64,000 nucleotides of DNA from Macrostomum lignano (taxonomy: Eukaryota), in the NCBI GenBank assembly GCA_002269645.1, contig NIVC01000837.1, forward strand, positions 62,001-126,000, written 5' to 3'. The notes beneath the pieces are model-generated. The model did not search any database and had not been told where the DNA came from. It was given only the letters and a program-made list of their open reading frames with translations. Each line of letters begins with the position of its first letter. The first letter of the stretch is position 1. Position numbers and translations under genes: made by a program. Below, piece by piece: positions 24,011 through 62,800 of this stretch.

Positions 24011-24774
24011 CAGATTTCATAAACTATAGACTTAAAAAAAACAGAAATTCAACGGAGTTATCAGTATCTATCATCGTCCGGGTGTGTTAGTAGTCCCTGA
24101 GGCTGGAGTGTGTCTGACATTCTTTTTAATAGAGAGGGCAGAGCCGAGATCGTCAATGATTTGAAACCGCAACAATTTCAATTTGCAGTGTCAGTTGCAG
24201 AACTGCATTCAGTCTGATTCTGTCACTGACTCACACTGGGCCTCTCTATTCTCTAATTAAATTGTCACTTCAAGATTGCACGACAATTGCGAACGATTCC
24301 AGGAAATTTGAATGGGAACCTGGGTGGAAGTGGCTGGAATTGAAAAATCGGCCCCCCCCCAATCCAATTCCCTCTTTGATCCCCTCTTCTGGCTATTTTT
24401 CAGCCGGATTTCGAAAGAACTGTGCGACCTCGATTCTGAAAAAAGCATAGGTGAGAGGTGATGAGCTCGGATGAAGAAGGAGACTGAGCTCTAATCCTCT
24501 GGCGGGCTCTCACTCATTCGCCTATCAGTGTTAGAAATCCCCTTAACTCATCACTATAGATTAGAATCCCAACCGTATGAGTGCGCGGCCTGGCTCACCT
24601 CCGCAATAGCTCAGCTCATGCTAGATTGAATCCCTAATCCTTTAGCTGGGGCCAAGATAAATAACCTCAGGGCCTTGAAGGCGTTCTCGAAAACTGAGCG
24701 ACTGAATTAATACTGTGCCCACATATAAGCTGGGAATCCCGCTGCCAAGTCATCCGCTGCCGTGACAAGTTTTT

Positions 24775-24880
24775 GTGAAGTTTGGAGATTGTGAAGTTTA
24801 GGGATTGTGAAGCTTGGGGATTGTGGATCTTGGGGATTGTGAAGATTGGGGATTGTGAAGCATGGATTGGGAAGTTTGGG
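24775..24880. repeat. Short degenerate array (TTGTGAAG-NTTGGGGA)n, partly inverse to the 23.3-24.0 kb array
   Basis: TTGTGAAG is the reverse complement of CTTCACAA. Confidence 0.6.
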
Positions 24881-25527
24881 CATTGGTGAAGTTGGATGTC
24901 AATGGGGATTGTGAAATCTGGAGAGTTTGAGCCAGTTTCACAGCTGGTGACAGTCAGCTTTGCATTTCGATCTTGTAAACAATAATAATAAGCAGAAGCT
25001 TTTTCTGTCAGTGCTTACTTCTAAAAGTCAAAGCAGCAATCAGCAATTTTGTCCGTCAGGCCTCAGCCAGAATTCCAACTACAAAGGCCAATAATTACCG
25101 GTCCCAGGTACTCGTAAAAGGGGAGTTTATCAAACGTGTTTAAGTCAGACAATTTCAAGATCTGTGAAGAAATATTCTGGAAAAAGAAGGTCGACAATGC
25201 TCATAATTGCAACATAATCGCACAGTTTATTGCACCAATTATAGTCCGTAAATTTTGGTTCAGCCGGCTATAGCAAAATCTGCGACAATTATCGCCTAAT
25301 CTGCAACAAAGGCACTGACGCATCCAATGCCAAATTTTCTGGCCTTGGACAATTTTCGCAAAATTACAGTAAATTACATAATGCTCCAATTATTTTGTTT
25401 GCGGCAATCAGCATCTTCTGCGGGGGATAAATTGCTTCTATTTTGCAATTGTTCCAATCATTCTTTTCCTTAGGGGTGACGTCTAAAAACAAGGAAAGTT
25501 GCCTTTTCAATATTGGTCAATGTCCAA

Positions 25528-26130
25528 CTGCCCTAATCTGCTTCTACCTACGTCTCTTCATATCTACCCATTCCTATCAACAATCAACATCTAACTGCCC
25601 TAATCTGCTTCTACCTACGTCTCTTCATATCTACCCATTCCTATCAACAATCAACATCTAACTGCCCTAATCTGCTTCTATCTACCTCTCTTCATATCTA
25701 CCCATTCCTATCAACATCTACTCACCTCTAGAAAAATATAAACGCCTCTACAAACATCTACCCACCTCTACAAACATCTACCCACCTCTACAAACATCTA
25801 CCCACCTCTACAAACATCTACCCACCTCTACAAACATCTACCCACCTCTACAAACATCTACCCACCTCTACAAACATCTACCCACCTCTACAAACATCTA
25901 CCCACCTCTACAAACATCTACCCACCTCTACAAGCATCTACCCACCTCTACAAACATCTACTTACCTCTATAAGCATCTACCCACCTTTACAAACATCTA
26001 CCCACCTCTACAAACATCTACCCACCTCTACAAACATCTGCCAACCTCTACAAACATCTATTTACCTCTACAAGCATCTACCCACCTCTACAAACATCTA
26101 CCCACCTCTACAAACATCTACCCATCTCTA
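25528..26130. repeat. 67-bp unit (about 2.7 copies) grading into a 20-bp minisatellite (ACAAACATCTACCCACCTCT)n
   Basis: 67-bp period at 25528/25595/25662; 20-mer from about 25745. Confidence 0.9.
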
Positions 26131-26415
26131 CCAAATCTGCAGTTTTGTTCACAGTTGACAAGCTTCAATAATTTTTTATTTTTAATATTTTTTAGCGTAT
26201 TTTCAGCGTATTTTTGGAATGCATACACTCTAATACATTCCAAATCTTTCCAAAATTCTTCCGGCCAGTCAGCCAGTCAGTTGTTAAACTCAATTAAATT
26301 AGCCGGCACTGCACTAAGTGAGGCGCACAGCAATAGACATTGTCCGTCAGATCCTTCAGTTGGCGAAATCGGAGAACTGTTGGCCCAGCAGAGCTGCTAA
26401 GTGGAATCACATTTC

Positions 26416-26466
<51 letters not shown>

Positions 26467-26785
26467 CCACTCTGGCGATATATGGTTTGGAAGCTCGGCT
26501 TTTCCAACTGGGGTCTGTCAATTCTCTAAGAAATTCCCCCCCCCTCTTGGACCCCCCGTTGGCTCAAAAATCCCTTCGCGCTGTTCACTTCTTTGGCGAA
26601 AATTTTCCTGGGAATAACGTGGAAGTTTCTATTTCTATTTTAACGCATAGGGTTGAATATTTTGTCGACAGGATATTTCCATGAAAGCCAAAAATGGAGT
26701 GCACTTACCGGTCGAGGATCGTAATTGTTTGAGATCCTCATCCCAGATTCTCCTTTTCTTAAGATTCTAAAGAATCTTATTTTTT

Positions 26786-27550
26786 CCAGATCCCTTCCTT
26801 TTAGATCCCATCCTTCCAGATCCCATCCTTTTAGATCCCATCCTTCTAGATCCCATCCTTCTAGATCCCATCCTTTTAGATCTCATGCTTCTAGATCTCA
26901 TGCTTCCAGATCCCATCCTTCCAGATCCCATCCTTCTAGATCCCATCCTTCTAGATCTCATCCTTCTAGATCTCATGCTTCTAGATCTCATCCTTCTAGA
27001 TCTCATCCTTCTAGATCCCATCCTTTTAGATCTCATGCTTCCAGATCCCATCCTTTTAGATCCCATCCTTCTAGATCCCATCCTTCTAGATCCCATCCTT
27101 TTAGATCTCATGCTTCTAGATCTCATGCTTCCAGATCCCATCCTTCCAGATCCCATCCTTCTAGATCCCATCCTTCTAGATCTCATCCTTCTAGATCTCA
27201 TGCTTCTAGATCTCATCCTTCTAGATCTCATCCTTCTAGATCCCATCCTTTTAGATCTCATGCTTCCAGATCCCATCCTTCCAGATCCCATCCGTCCAGA
27301 TCCCATCCTTCCAGATCCCATCCTTCCAGATCCCATCTTTCCATATCCCATCCGTCCAGATCCCATCCTTCCAGATCCCATCCGTCTAGATCCCATGCTT
27401 TTAGATCCCATCCTTCTGTAGATCCCATCCTTTTAGATCTCATGCTTCTAGATCCCATCCTTCTAGATCCCATCCTTCCAGATCCCATCCTTCTATATCC
27501 CATTCTTCTAGATCCCATTCTTCTAGATCCCATGCATCTAGATTCCATTC
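26786..27550. repeat. 15-bp minisatellite (AGATCCCATCCTTCT)n
   Basis: Direct reading; 5-aa period in the ORF track. Confidence 0.95.
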
Positions 27551-28404
27551 GCTAAACAGCTAAAGGAGATGCCATAGCACTGGGCACGGCAGGAAGTCTC
27601 CACCTAAAAGCCAAAGCCAGCCTTCAAGATGTTGAAGTAATAAAACAATCTCCTCTCAGCCTCTTTTCTCCCCCCGCCTCATCTTCGCGCCCCAGATCCT
27701 TATCACCACCTGAGCTTTAGTACCACCTCTATCTGCTCTTATTAGTCTATAAGTCTCAGGTGTGGAACGCCTTCGCCAAAGTGGTCCTCTCCAGCATCCT
27801 GTTCCGCTGCGGCATCCGGGATGCAGGCACTAATTAAGCCAGGGCCTGTTCCCATAGAATTTGCTTCGCTAATTTTTTCTCTCGCCATTAGCTGGGAAAA
27901 AGAGAGATAGAGGAATAAATGCTTTCGGTCGGCTGCTCGCTGAGCGTGTGCAGAAGCAGACTTATGAGTTGAGAAGCTGCCGCCCCTGATGCAGGGCACG
28001 TTCGGCTCCTCATCCTTCCCCCCTTCTCTCAGTCTCCTTCGATCTCTTCTCTACCTCTCAGAGCTAAAAGCCACATAGAGGGGGGGGGGCTGAAGACGAT
28101 TCTAGAAATTGTTGAAGCCTATAATTTTGTGTGCACACAGGCACTCACACATCCGACCGCTTGGTTAATTGTATGCCTAGAATAAGGGCTGAGATAATCA
28201 CTTATAATTAAGGATCGGCGCCCCTGATTTCGCAGCAGAGTCTCTCATTGCCTGGATTTCTCTCGAATCTCGTCATTTCTTCATCTGAGCTCATCTATAG
28301 GCTTGATCCGACAGGCTCAAGTCTGATTCGGGTAGAGTTCCAAGAAACAAAGTGCCTGTATTAAATGGCACTAAAACCTAAAAAATGGATAGTTTTGTGA
28401 GTAG

Positions 28405-28810
28405 CTGACACTTAGTGTCAGTCAGTGGCTCTAAAATAAGTGTCAGCCATGCTCCAATAAGTGTCAGCAGCGCGAAAATGAGTGTCAGTGATGCTAAAAT
28501 GAGTGTCAGCTATGCTCCAATAAGTGTCAGCTGCTTGAAAAAAAGTGTCAGCTATGCTCCAATAAGTGTCAGTGATGCTAAAATGAGTGTCAGCTGCTCA
28601 AAAATAAGTGTCAGCTGCTCAAAAATAAGTGTCAGCTGCTCGAAAATAAGTGTCAGCTTGTCGAAAATAAGTGTCAGCTGCTCGAAAATGAGTGTCAGCG
28701 GCGCTAAAATAGTGTCCTGTCAGCCATGCTCCAATAAGTGTCAGTGATGTTAAAATAAGTGTCAGCGGCGCTAAAAATAAGTGTAGTGGCGCTAAAACGA
28801 GTGTCAGCGG
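28405..28810. repeat. 21-bp minisatellite (AAAATAAGTGTCAGCTGCTCG-like) headed by an inverted copy forming the hairpin CTGACAC-TTA-GTGTCAG
   Basis: Direct reading; palindrome at 28405-28421. Confidence 0.85.
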
Positions 28811-28999
28811 CACCCAGTTTCGATGTCATCAAGGCTAAAATTGCACCTGAAGCGCCAAACTAAGTTGCCGAATCCCTTTCCCCCAAAAATATGACACCTC
28901 CTGCCCGAAATCCCAATTAGCAATCCTCCCCAGCACTTGGCCCGGGTTTGCAAAACTATGGAAAACGCCGAGCAGCCCCAGAAAGCTCCGCAATGACAG

Positions 29000-31088
29000 T
29001 CAGCAGCAGCTCTCGGGCCTCTATTGGCTGCCATGGGCTTTTGGCTCTGGGCATCTTTGCAGCAATGGTTTCGCGTCTCTCAACTGTTGGCTGTGGCGCG
29101 GGTGGGGTAGGCAATGGGGGGAGGGTGGGTGTTAACCGAAAGCAAGGGGGTGGGGAGAGAGAGGGAAGGATAGAATAGAAAAGGAAGGATCAGCAGCGGC
29201 GGCAGTTCCCCTCAGCTTAAAAAAGCTTAACGCTCATATCAGCGAGGTAAACGACTACTTAAACAACTGCTAGACAAGAGCAGCCCGAGCTACTATAGCA
29301 AAAGAAATCAACTTTCTGCTTGAGCTTGAGTTCACTTAAGTTCGCTTAATTCCCGGAAACTCAATCGTCTTTTGTACAATATTTTCTGCCATTAGAGGCG
29401 GTCCCTCATCCCAGCATATTTCGCTTCATCTAACTTGGAAGAGTTCTCTCTGTGTTTTGGTGTTCTCCCCAATTGATTAATCCCTTCTAGTCTCTCGGCG
29501 AATAATCATCTGGACTACAGGCTCATCCGTTTCTCCGCAGCAGCTTCAACTCCGAACTCAACTTTCATCCATCTAGCGGACTTCGTGAACAGGAGAAAGA
29601 GGGTAAGAAAATCCTACCGCGCTGAAGAAATCCATCTATCTGAGTGCCTGTCTGAGTGTCTGCCTTAGTGTCTGTCCTAGTGTCTGTCCTAGTGTCTGTC
29701 CTAGTGCCTGCCTTAGTGTCTGTCCTAGTGCCTGCCTTAGTGTCTGCCATAGTGTCTGCCTTAGTGTCTGCCTTAGTGTCTGCCTTAGTGTCTGTCCTAG
29801 TGTCTGTCCTAGTGTCTGTCCTAGTGCCTGCCTTAGTGTCTGTCCTAGTGCCTGCCTTAGTGTCTGTCCTAGTGCCTGCCTTAGTGTCTGCCTTAGTGTC
29901 TGTCTCAGTGCTTGTCTTAGTGTCTGCCGTAGTGTCTGCCTTAGTGTCTGCCTTAGTGTCTGCCTTAGTGTCTGCCTTAGTGTCTGCCTTAGTGTCTGCC
30001 TTAGTTTCTGCCTTAGTGTCTGCCTTAGTGTCTGCCTTAGTGTCTGCCTTAGTGTCTGCCTTAGTGTCTGCCTTAGTGTCTGTCTTAGTGTCTGTCCTAG
30101 TGCCTGTCTTAGTGTCTGCCATAGTGTCTGTCTTAGTGTCTGCCATAGTGTCTGCCTTAGTGTCTGTCTTACTGTCTGTCTCAGTGCTTGTCTTGGTCCA
30201 TGTCTTAATGTCTGCCTTAGTCTCTGTTTTAGTGTGTGCCTGTCAGCAGCTTATTTCTTTTTACTGAGAGCATCAGAATCCCTCAATGCTAGATCTCATA
30301 TCGTTTCTCTCTCCCCCTCTCTCTCCTCTCGCCTCTCGCTCGGTCTCTCAACACTAACACTTTTTACAGATTTGAACCGCCCCGAATGTTGACTGCAACC
30401 GTTTAGGGGGTTCGAGCAGCTGAAGCGGAGCAGAAAAAATAGCGGCTCCCTCTTTCTCGGCTGGTGCATAAGAAGAAATTATTCAACCATTTCGCTCCCG
30501 GAGACTCAGTCGTCATCGTTCCCTCAATCTTACTCAACCCCCCCCCCCCATCTTTCCAGCATGCCGCCCCGCTCCTCTCCTCATCCTAGCTCTCGCAGAA
30601 GAAGAAAATATTTCCATCCATCCACCCCCCCTCATCCATTCCAAGGCGGAATCGTTTTAAACATTCCTTCCGTTGGGGGTTTTTTACTCTTCGGTTCGTT
30701 TCTTCCCCCCGCCTTCCTGCGCGCGCGATGCTTTAATAAATATTTCCTGGAGGGGAAAAATCCGACTCGACTCCGCGACACGGCGAAATCCCCAAGAGGA
30801 CGCTGACGCTGCGAGGAACAAACCGGCGGAGGTGGGGAAGGAATTATTAATAAAAAGCGGTCTCGCAATCCAACGGCTTTAATTCCCTTACCGCTTCCTT
30901 CTTGCATATTTCTTGCATATTTCTTGCTTTTTGCTTCCAGTAGCAGATGCAAAGAAAGAATAAAATTAAGAGTAGGCTTTGCAAATTAAATTCTAAATAA
31001 TGTTTTGTCCTTCATTTACCCTCCAGTTCTGACAGAACCAAAGCAGCTCAACATCAACAGAGAAACCCCACGGGAGCTACTCGAGAAG
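29000..31088 (+). other. Possible 5' (UTR or short coding) exons of the E-protein gene
   Basis: Donor-like sites gcgag|gtaaac (29246), agagg|gtaaga (29602) and gagaag|gtaaac (31088, preceded by acceptors near 31026/31035) lie upstream of the 31785 acceptor. Splice-signal evidence only; the start coordinate is approximate. Confidence 0.3.
29645..30240. repeat. 12-bp minisatellite (TTAGTGTCTGCC)n
   Basis: Direct reading. Confidence 0.95.
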
Positions 31089-31794
31089 GTAAACTGCAAG
31101 CAAAAATGTGCCCTAAACGGGCCGTTTTTACGTTTTCACTACTTGGAGCAGGGGACCAGATGAGAGAGTAGATGAGAGGAGAGAGAAGAGATAAGAGAGA
31201 AGCTGAGAAATGACACAAACCTTGAGCTAGCTTACTCCTGACTTAGAGAGAATTCATATTCCAATTCCGACTCATAGCGGACCCAACAAAATCGGATCGG
31301 TCATTGATTTTCCCCTCTCTCCCCCTCTCCCTCTTATCCCTCCTTTACCCTGCTCCCAAACACAAAGGAGGCCACCCAGGACTAGAAGCACGCACAAGGG
31401 GGACCCACGCAAACTTTGACAAGCATTCTGAAGCTTGGTCTGGCCCGCACACTCGCTTCTGATGATTGAGCGAAGTGGCTGGAAGAAGACTCAAACCCTT
31501 ACTGAGCTTAACTTCCCTAACCCCCACCCCCCCAACCCTCACTCATCCAGCGATCTTCCTTGTACTCAAGTTCTGCTCAGCTCTTTGTTTTACTCAAACC
31601 GAGCGCCCCCCTGTGGGCCATAACACATCGTCCTTAGTAGAAGAGTAAAAGGAGAGAGCAGGGAGGCCCATGAAGCTAACATATCAGAGAACCAACTACT
31701 TACTAGAATCCCCAAGTTAGTTGGAAGCCAACATTGCCACTCTACTAAATCTGCAGGCTATTTAAATTCAATCATTTTTTTACAGGAAATCGCG

Positions 31795-51064
<19,270 letters not shown>

Positions 51065-51129
51065 CTTCTCCTAGTAGCAGACTTGCTGGCTTTGCTGCCA
51101 TAATTAGTAAGATAATCCTGTCAAACGTG

Positions 51130-51497
51130 GGTCACATCAGAGTCACACCTGGGTCACACCTGGGTCACACCTGGGTCACACCTGGGTCACACCTTGGTCA
51201 CACCTGAGTCACGCCTGGGTCACACCTGGGTCACACCTGGATCACAACTGGGTCATGTCTGGGTCACACCTGGGTCACACCTGGGTCACACCTGGGTCAC
51301 ACCTGGGTCACACCTGGGTCACACCTGGGTCACACCTGGGTCACACCTGGGTCACACCTTGGTCCCACCTGGGTCACACCTAGGTCACACCTGGGTCACA
51401 TCAGGGTCACACCTAGGTCACACCTGGGTCATGTCTGAATCACACCTGGGTCATGTCTGAATCACACCTGGGTCACACCTGGGTCACACCTGGGTCA
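51130..51497. repeat. 11-bp minisatellite (GGGTCACACCT)n about 70 bp after the E-protein stop codon
   Basis: Direct reading, about 33 units. Confidence 0.95.
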
Positions 51498-52299
51498 AAC
51501 AAACCCGCTTAACTTTGCCGCAGTTGTTACGGGAGGGGAAATGCTTGCAGCTTCTAATCGAAATTTTTCATGTTTTTAAAACTTTTGCTGACAATAATCT
51601 ATTACCGATTTCGCATGTAGCTGTGTGTCTGTGTTTTCTTATTGTTCGCTCCTTTGCAGCAAAATGGCGTCTTACATTGTTTCATTTTTGCTTAGATAAA
51701 TTCGCTTCTCCGATGGTCCCTGTAATGCAGTGATGCCTCTGTCCGCCCCTTGCTCGAGAAGAAGCGCAATATTGAATGTAAAGTTTCAAGTTATTTTCGC
51801 TTTGAGTGTTAACTTCCCAAAGAGTGCTTCATATACTTCGCAAAGCTTATTTTGTGTATTTATCATGCTTTTTTGTTAAGTTTTTGTTTCTCTTTGTTTG
51901 CTTGTTGTATAGCATTGAGTTTCTGTTTTGTAGCTCAAATCTATATAATAACTATTGCCGCCACTATGAAACCAAGATATAATGCTTTTTCCACATTTGT
52001 GACTCTAAGAATGGCTGCAAAGAAAAGCTTTATTTATCAACTTAACCAGATTGCAAAACTTGCGTTATTGAGTATTGTATAGCTAACAGGTCCTGTTTGA
52101 ATTTGAATAAATAAATCCTACAAATTAATTATTGTAAGTGTTCTGTAAACTAGTAAATTACTGTCGTTAGTGGTGAAAATCTCGTGTTATTTTTGTTTAC
52201 TTTATTGAAATTTCACTTATGAAAAAATTCTGACTATGGCCTGAGTGGCGAAGGGGTCCAAGTGTTCCAGTTTTAATAAGCACGAAAATTTTACGTAGC

Positions 52300-53450
52300 T
52301 ACAGCATAGAGCATACAGCATACAGCATACAGCTACAGCTACAGCTACAGCATACAGCTACAGTATAGAGCATACAGCATACAGCATACAGCATACAGCA
52401 TACAGCATACAGCATACAGCATACAGCATACAGCATACAGTATACAGCTACAGCATACTGCTACAAAATGCAACTACAGCATACAGCTACAGCATACAGC
52501 TACAGCATACAGCTACAGCTACAGCTACAGCATACAGCTACAGCATACAGCTACAGCATACAACATGCAGCTACAGCATACAGCATACAGCATACAGCAT
52601 ACAGCATACAGCATACAGCATACAGCATACAGCATACAGCATACAGCATACAGCATACAGCATACAGCATACAGCATACAGCATACAGCATACAGCATAC
52701 AGCATACAGCATACAGCATACAGCATACAGCATACAGCATACAGCATACAGCATACAGCATACAGCATACAGCATACAGCATACAGCATACAGCATACAG
52801 CATACAGCATACAGCATACAGCTACAGCATCCAGCATACAGCATACAGCATACAGCATCCAGCATACAGCATACAGCATACAGCATCCAGCATACAGCAT
52901 CCAGCATACAGCATACAGCATACAGCATACAGCATACAGCATACAGCATACAGCATACAGCATACAGCATACAGCATACAGCATACAGCATACAGCATAC
53001 AGCATACAGCATACAGCATACAGCATACAGCATACAGCATACAGCATACAGCTACAGCATACAGCATACAGCATACAGCATACAGCATACAGCATACAGC
53101 ATACAGCATACAGCATACAGCATACAGCATACAGCATACAGTATACAGCATACAGCATGCAACTACAGCATACAGCATACAGCATACAGCATGCAACTAC
53201 AGCATACAGTATACAGCATACAGCATACAGCATACAGCATACAGCATACAGCATACAGCATACAGCATACAGCATACAGCATACAGCATACAGCATACAG
53301 CATACAGCATACAGCATACAGCATACAGCATACAGCATACAGCATGCAGCTACAGCATACAGCTACAGCTAACTCATGCAGCTACAGCATATAACTAACA
53401 TTATGCAGCTACAACATACAGCTACAGCATACAGCTACAGCATACAGGCA
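52300..53450. repeat. 7-bp satellite (CAGCATA)n with CAGCTA/CAGCATC variants
   Basis: Direct reading. Confidence 0.97.
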
Positions 53451-53862
53451 TATCAGGTACGGCATCTCAGGTGGAACTTCTATTAGCATCTGTGTGGGTG
53501 CAGCAATAAACAAATGCTAACCAACCCAACGGAGGGAAGCAAAGCCAATTAATCTTTCTCTGTCTCACTCGCACAGAAGCGAACAATGCCACCCAGTTAT
53601 AAAAAGGCTGCGAATCTATTCACATCTGTTTTTCTGTCCACAAGTCCAAAATGAGTACTCGAACCGGCTCATTCAAGTTCGTCAACAAAACACACAAAAA
53701 ATAAAAAAGAACCTTGATACTGAAAAGCATTCTGAGATTCTTTGAATGAATAATAGGCAGAAAAAAATATAAATGAGGGAGCACGAACTTCCACAGAAAT
53801 TTTAGCTCCAATTAAGCCTCGTGAATATTAGCCGTTTAAAAGAGGATTGCTACATTGAGACC

Positions 53863-53933
53863 CTGCATCTAGACACTGCATCTAGACACTGCATCTAGAC
53901 ACTGCATCTAGACACTGCATCTAGACACTGCAT
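53863..53933. repeat. 13-bp repeat (CTGCATCTAGACA), about 5.5 copies, abutting the ccaccATG start
   Basis: Direct reading. Confidence 0.9.
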
Positions 53934-53938
53934 CCACC

Positions 53939-61170
<7,232 letters not shown>

Positions 61171-61345
61171 CCGAACTTATTTTTTCCCTGTAACAAAATT
61201 TAATCGGAAATTGCTGTGAATTCCTAATTATATTTTAAACGAGTGTGAGTCAGTCGGTTGCATCAAAACAATCTGTCTGACTCAGTCCTTATTGAAGTTA
61301 TTATTTCCTTAAAGTAAATTTTACTTTTTTATATTAACTTCATTG

Positions 61346-61617
61346 TGTTAGAAATGACAAGCTAAGGCGAGCAATTGCTATGAGACGAGAAAAAACGATA
61401 GCTCTGAGCCATTGCTCCGTGCGAAACTATTTATTATCAACGATAAAGCACGAACCCGCGACAACCCCCCAACCAGGACTAAAACTCACCGCACTGCACA
61501 TCAGAGCACGATGACAATAATAACTTGATACGTACACTCAGACTGAACAAAAGTACAAGCACCAGTGAAATAAGCAATCAAATAACAAACAGTGCGAAGC
61601 CCCGCCCAAGCCTAACA
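61346..61617 (-). repeat. 3' LTR of the Gypsy element (272 bp)
   Basis: 5-bp terminal inverted repeats TGTTA/TAACA, an adjacent PPT and an internal polyA signal. The 5' LTR is not in the window, so identity cannot be checked. Confidence 0.8.
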
Positions 61618-61686
61618 CTGCTCCCCACAAAAAGCAAACAAAATTCAAAGACAGTCACTTGAAATCCCCACAGTCAATTTCACTCA

Positions 61687-62800
61687 TCAGTCCTTGTAGC
61701 AAACAGGCTGCCGAGGGCGAAACTCGTACGGCTCCCGGTGGCAAATGTTTCCGGGCTCCTGACGCTCCAGGTCGAGCCGCGGGTCGTCTTCCACGGCAAC
61801 CACCGGGTCAGTCAGCGCACCATCGGGTTCAGGTGTCTCAAGCCGCTTAGGAGAGTCCGGCCGGCCGGTCCACTGATTTGAGTGCGCCAGCCGCAGGCCA
61901 CCGCCAGGCTGATTGGCCGGAGTGACCAGCGCCGTGTTCAGGCCGTGCTGCACCACGAACTTGGCTGGCACCGGAGGAGTTCCAGGTCGCATCCTCAGCC
62001 AGATTGGATCGCCAGCTTGCTCCGTCATTGTCAGCGGGTGTCGAAGCCGACGGCCCCACATGAGGATGTCTGGAGAGGCTGCGCGATTGCCGCTTGGCCG
62101 GCTGGTCCTTATCGTCAGCAACAGCTTTTGCAGAAAATGGTCGAACGGCACCACCTTAGTCCACGCTCTGAGACCATCCTTAATGATTCGCACCAGTCTC
62201 TCAGCTTGACCATTCGAGGCGGGATGATACGGCGGGGTGTGCAGTTCACGACAACCAATGCTGCGCAGCCACTGCGAGACCTTCTCCGACTTGAACTCCG
62301 GCGCATTGTCCGACACCAGCGTCTGAGGCACTCCATTCCTCGCAAAAACCGCTCTTAGAACACGCAGTACACTTTCTGCAGATCGATCAGGCACCTGAAT
62401 CGCCTCAGGCCACCCTGAATAGGAGTCGGACAACAGCAGGAGCAGCCCAATACCAGAGATCTCACAGTGGTCCATGTGAACTCGCGCCCAAGGCTCACTC
62501 TCGGCTGGCCAGATGTCGATTTTCCGCTGAAGCACCGGTCGAGTTTCTGAGCACTGCGGACAGCGCTCCACAAAAGTCCGCACCTCGCGATCCAGGCCAG
62601 GCCACCAGAATTCCTTGGAGATGTGCGCCTTGGTGTTGTCAGCACTCGGGTGTACTTCGTCATGGGCCGCCTCCAGGATGCGCCTGCGGAGAATGGGTGG
62701 CGGCACAATTCTGGTTCCATGGATCACCAGGCCATCTTCGACTGACAGAGCCTCACGACGCGCCTTGTACGGTCTCTCCACCTGCGACACCTGGCCCACC
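61687..62800 (-). CDS. Gypsy pol: integrase (frameshifted by 1 nt relative to RT-RH near 62790)
   Basis: Zn finger H-x4-H...CPQC; catalytic RVHMD, LVSDNAPEF, SNGQAERLV. The natural reading TGRWARC/SQVERPYKARREALSVEDG needs one frame change. Confidence 0.92.

Noticed and set aside
24514-24536. Resemblance to the tet operator (CCTATCAGTGTTAGA here; CCCTATCACT in the 24-mer at 2.0-2.65 kb)
   Set aside because: Partial matches only, not the palindromic 19-mer, and there is no vector sequence; coincidental.
27742-27999. 85-aa minus-strand ORF
   Set aside because: GTG start, no motif, and no supporting splice pattern.
29565-30267. 193-aa ADTK-repeat ORF and 203-aa VSAL-repeat ORF
   Set aside because: Products of the 12-bp array; open on both strands simply because the unit lacks stops.
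52468-53398. Long YSIQHTA / MLYAVCC ORFs
   Set aside because: Translations of (CAGCATA)n.
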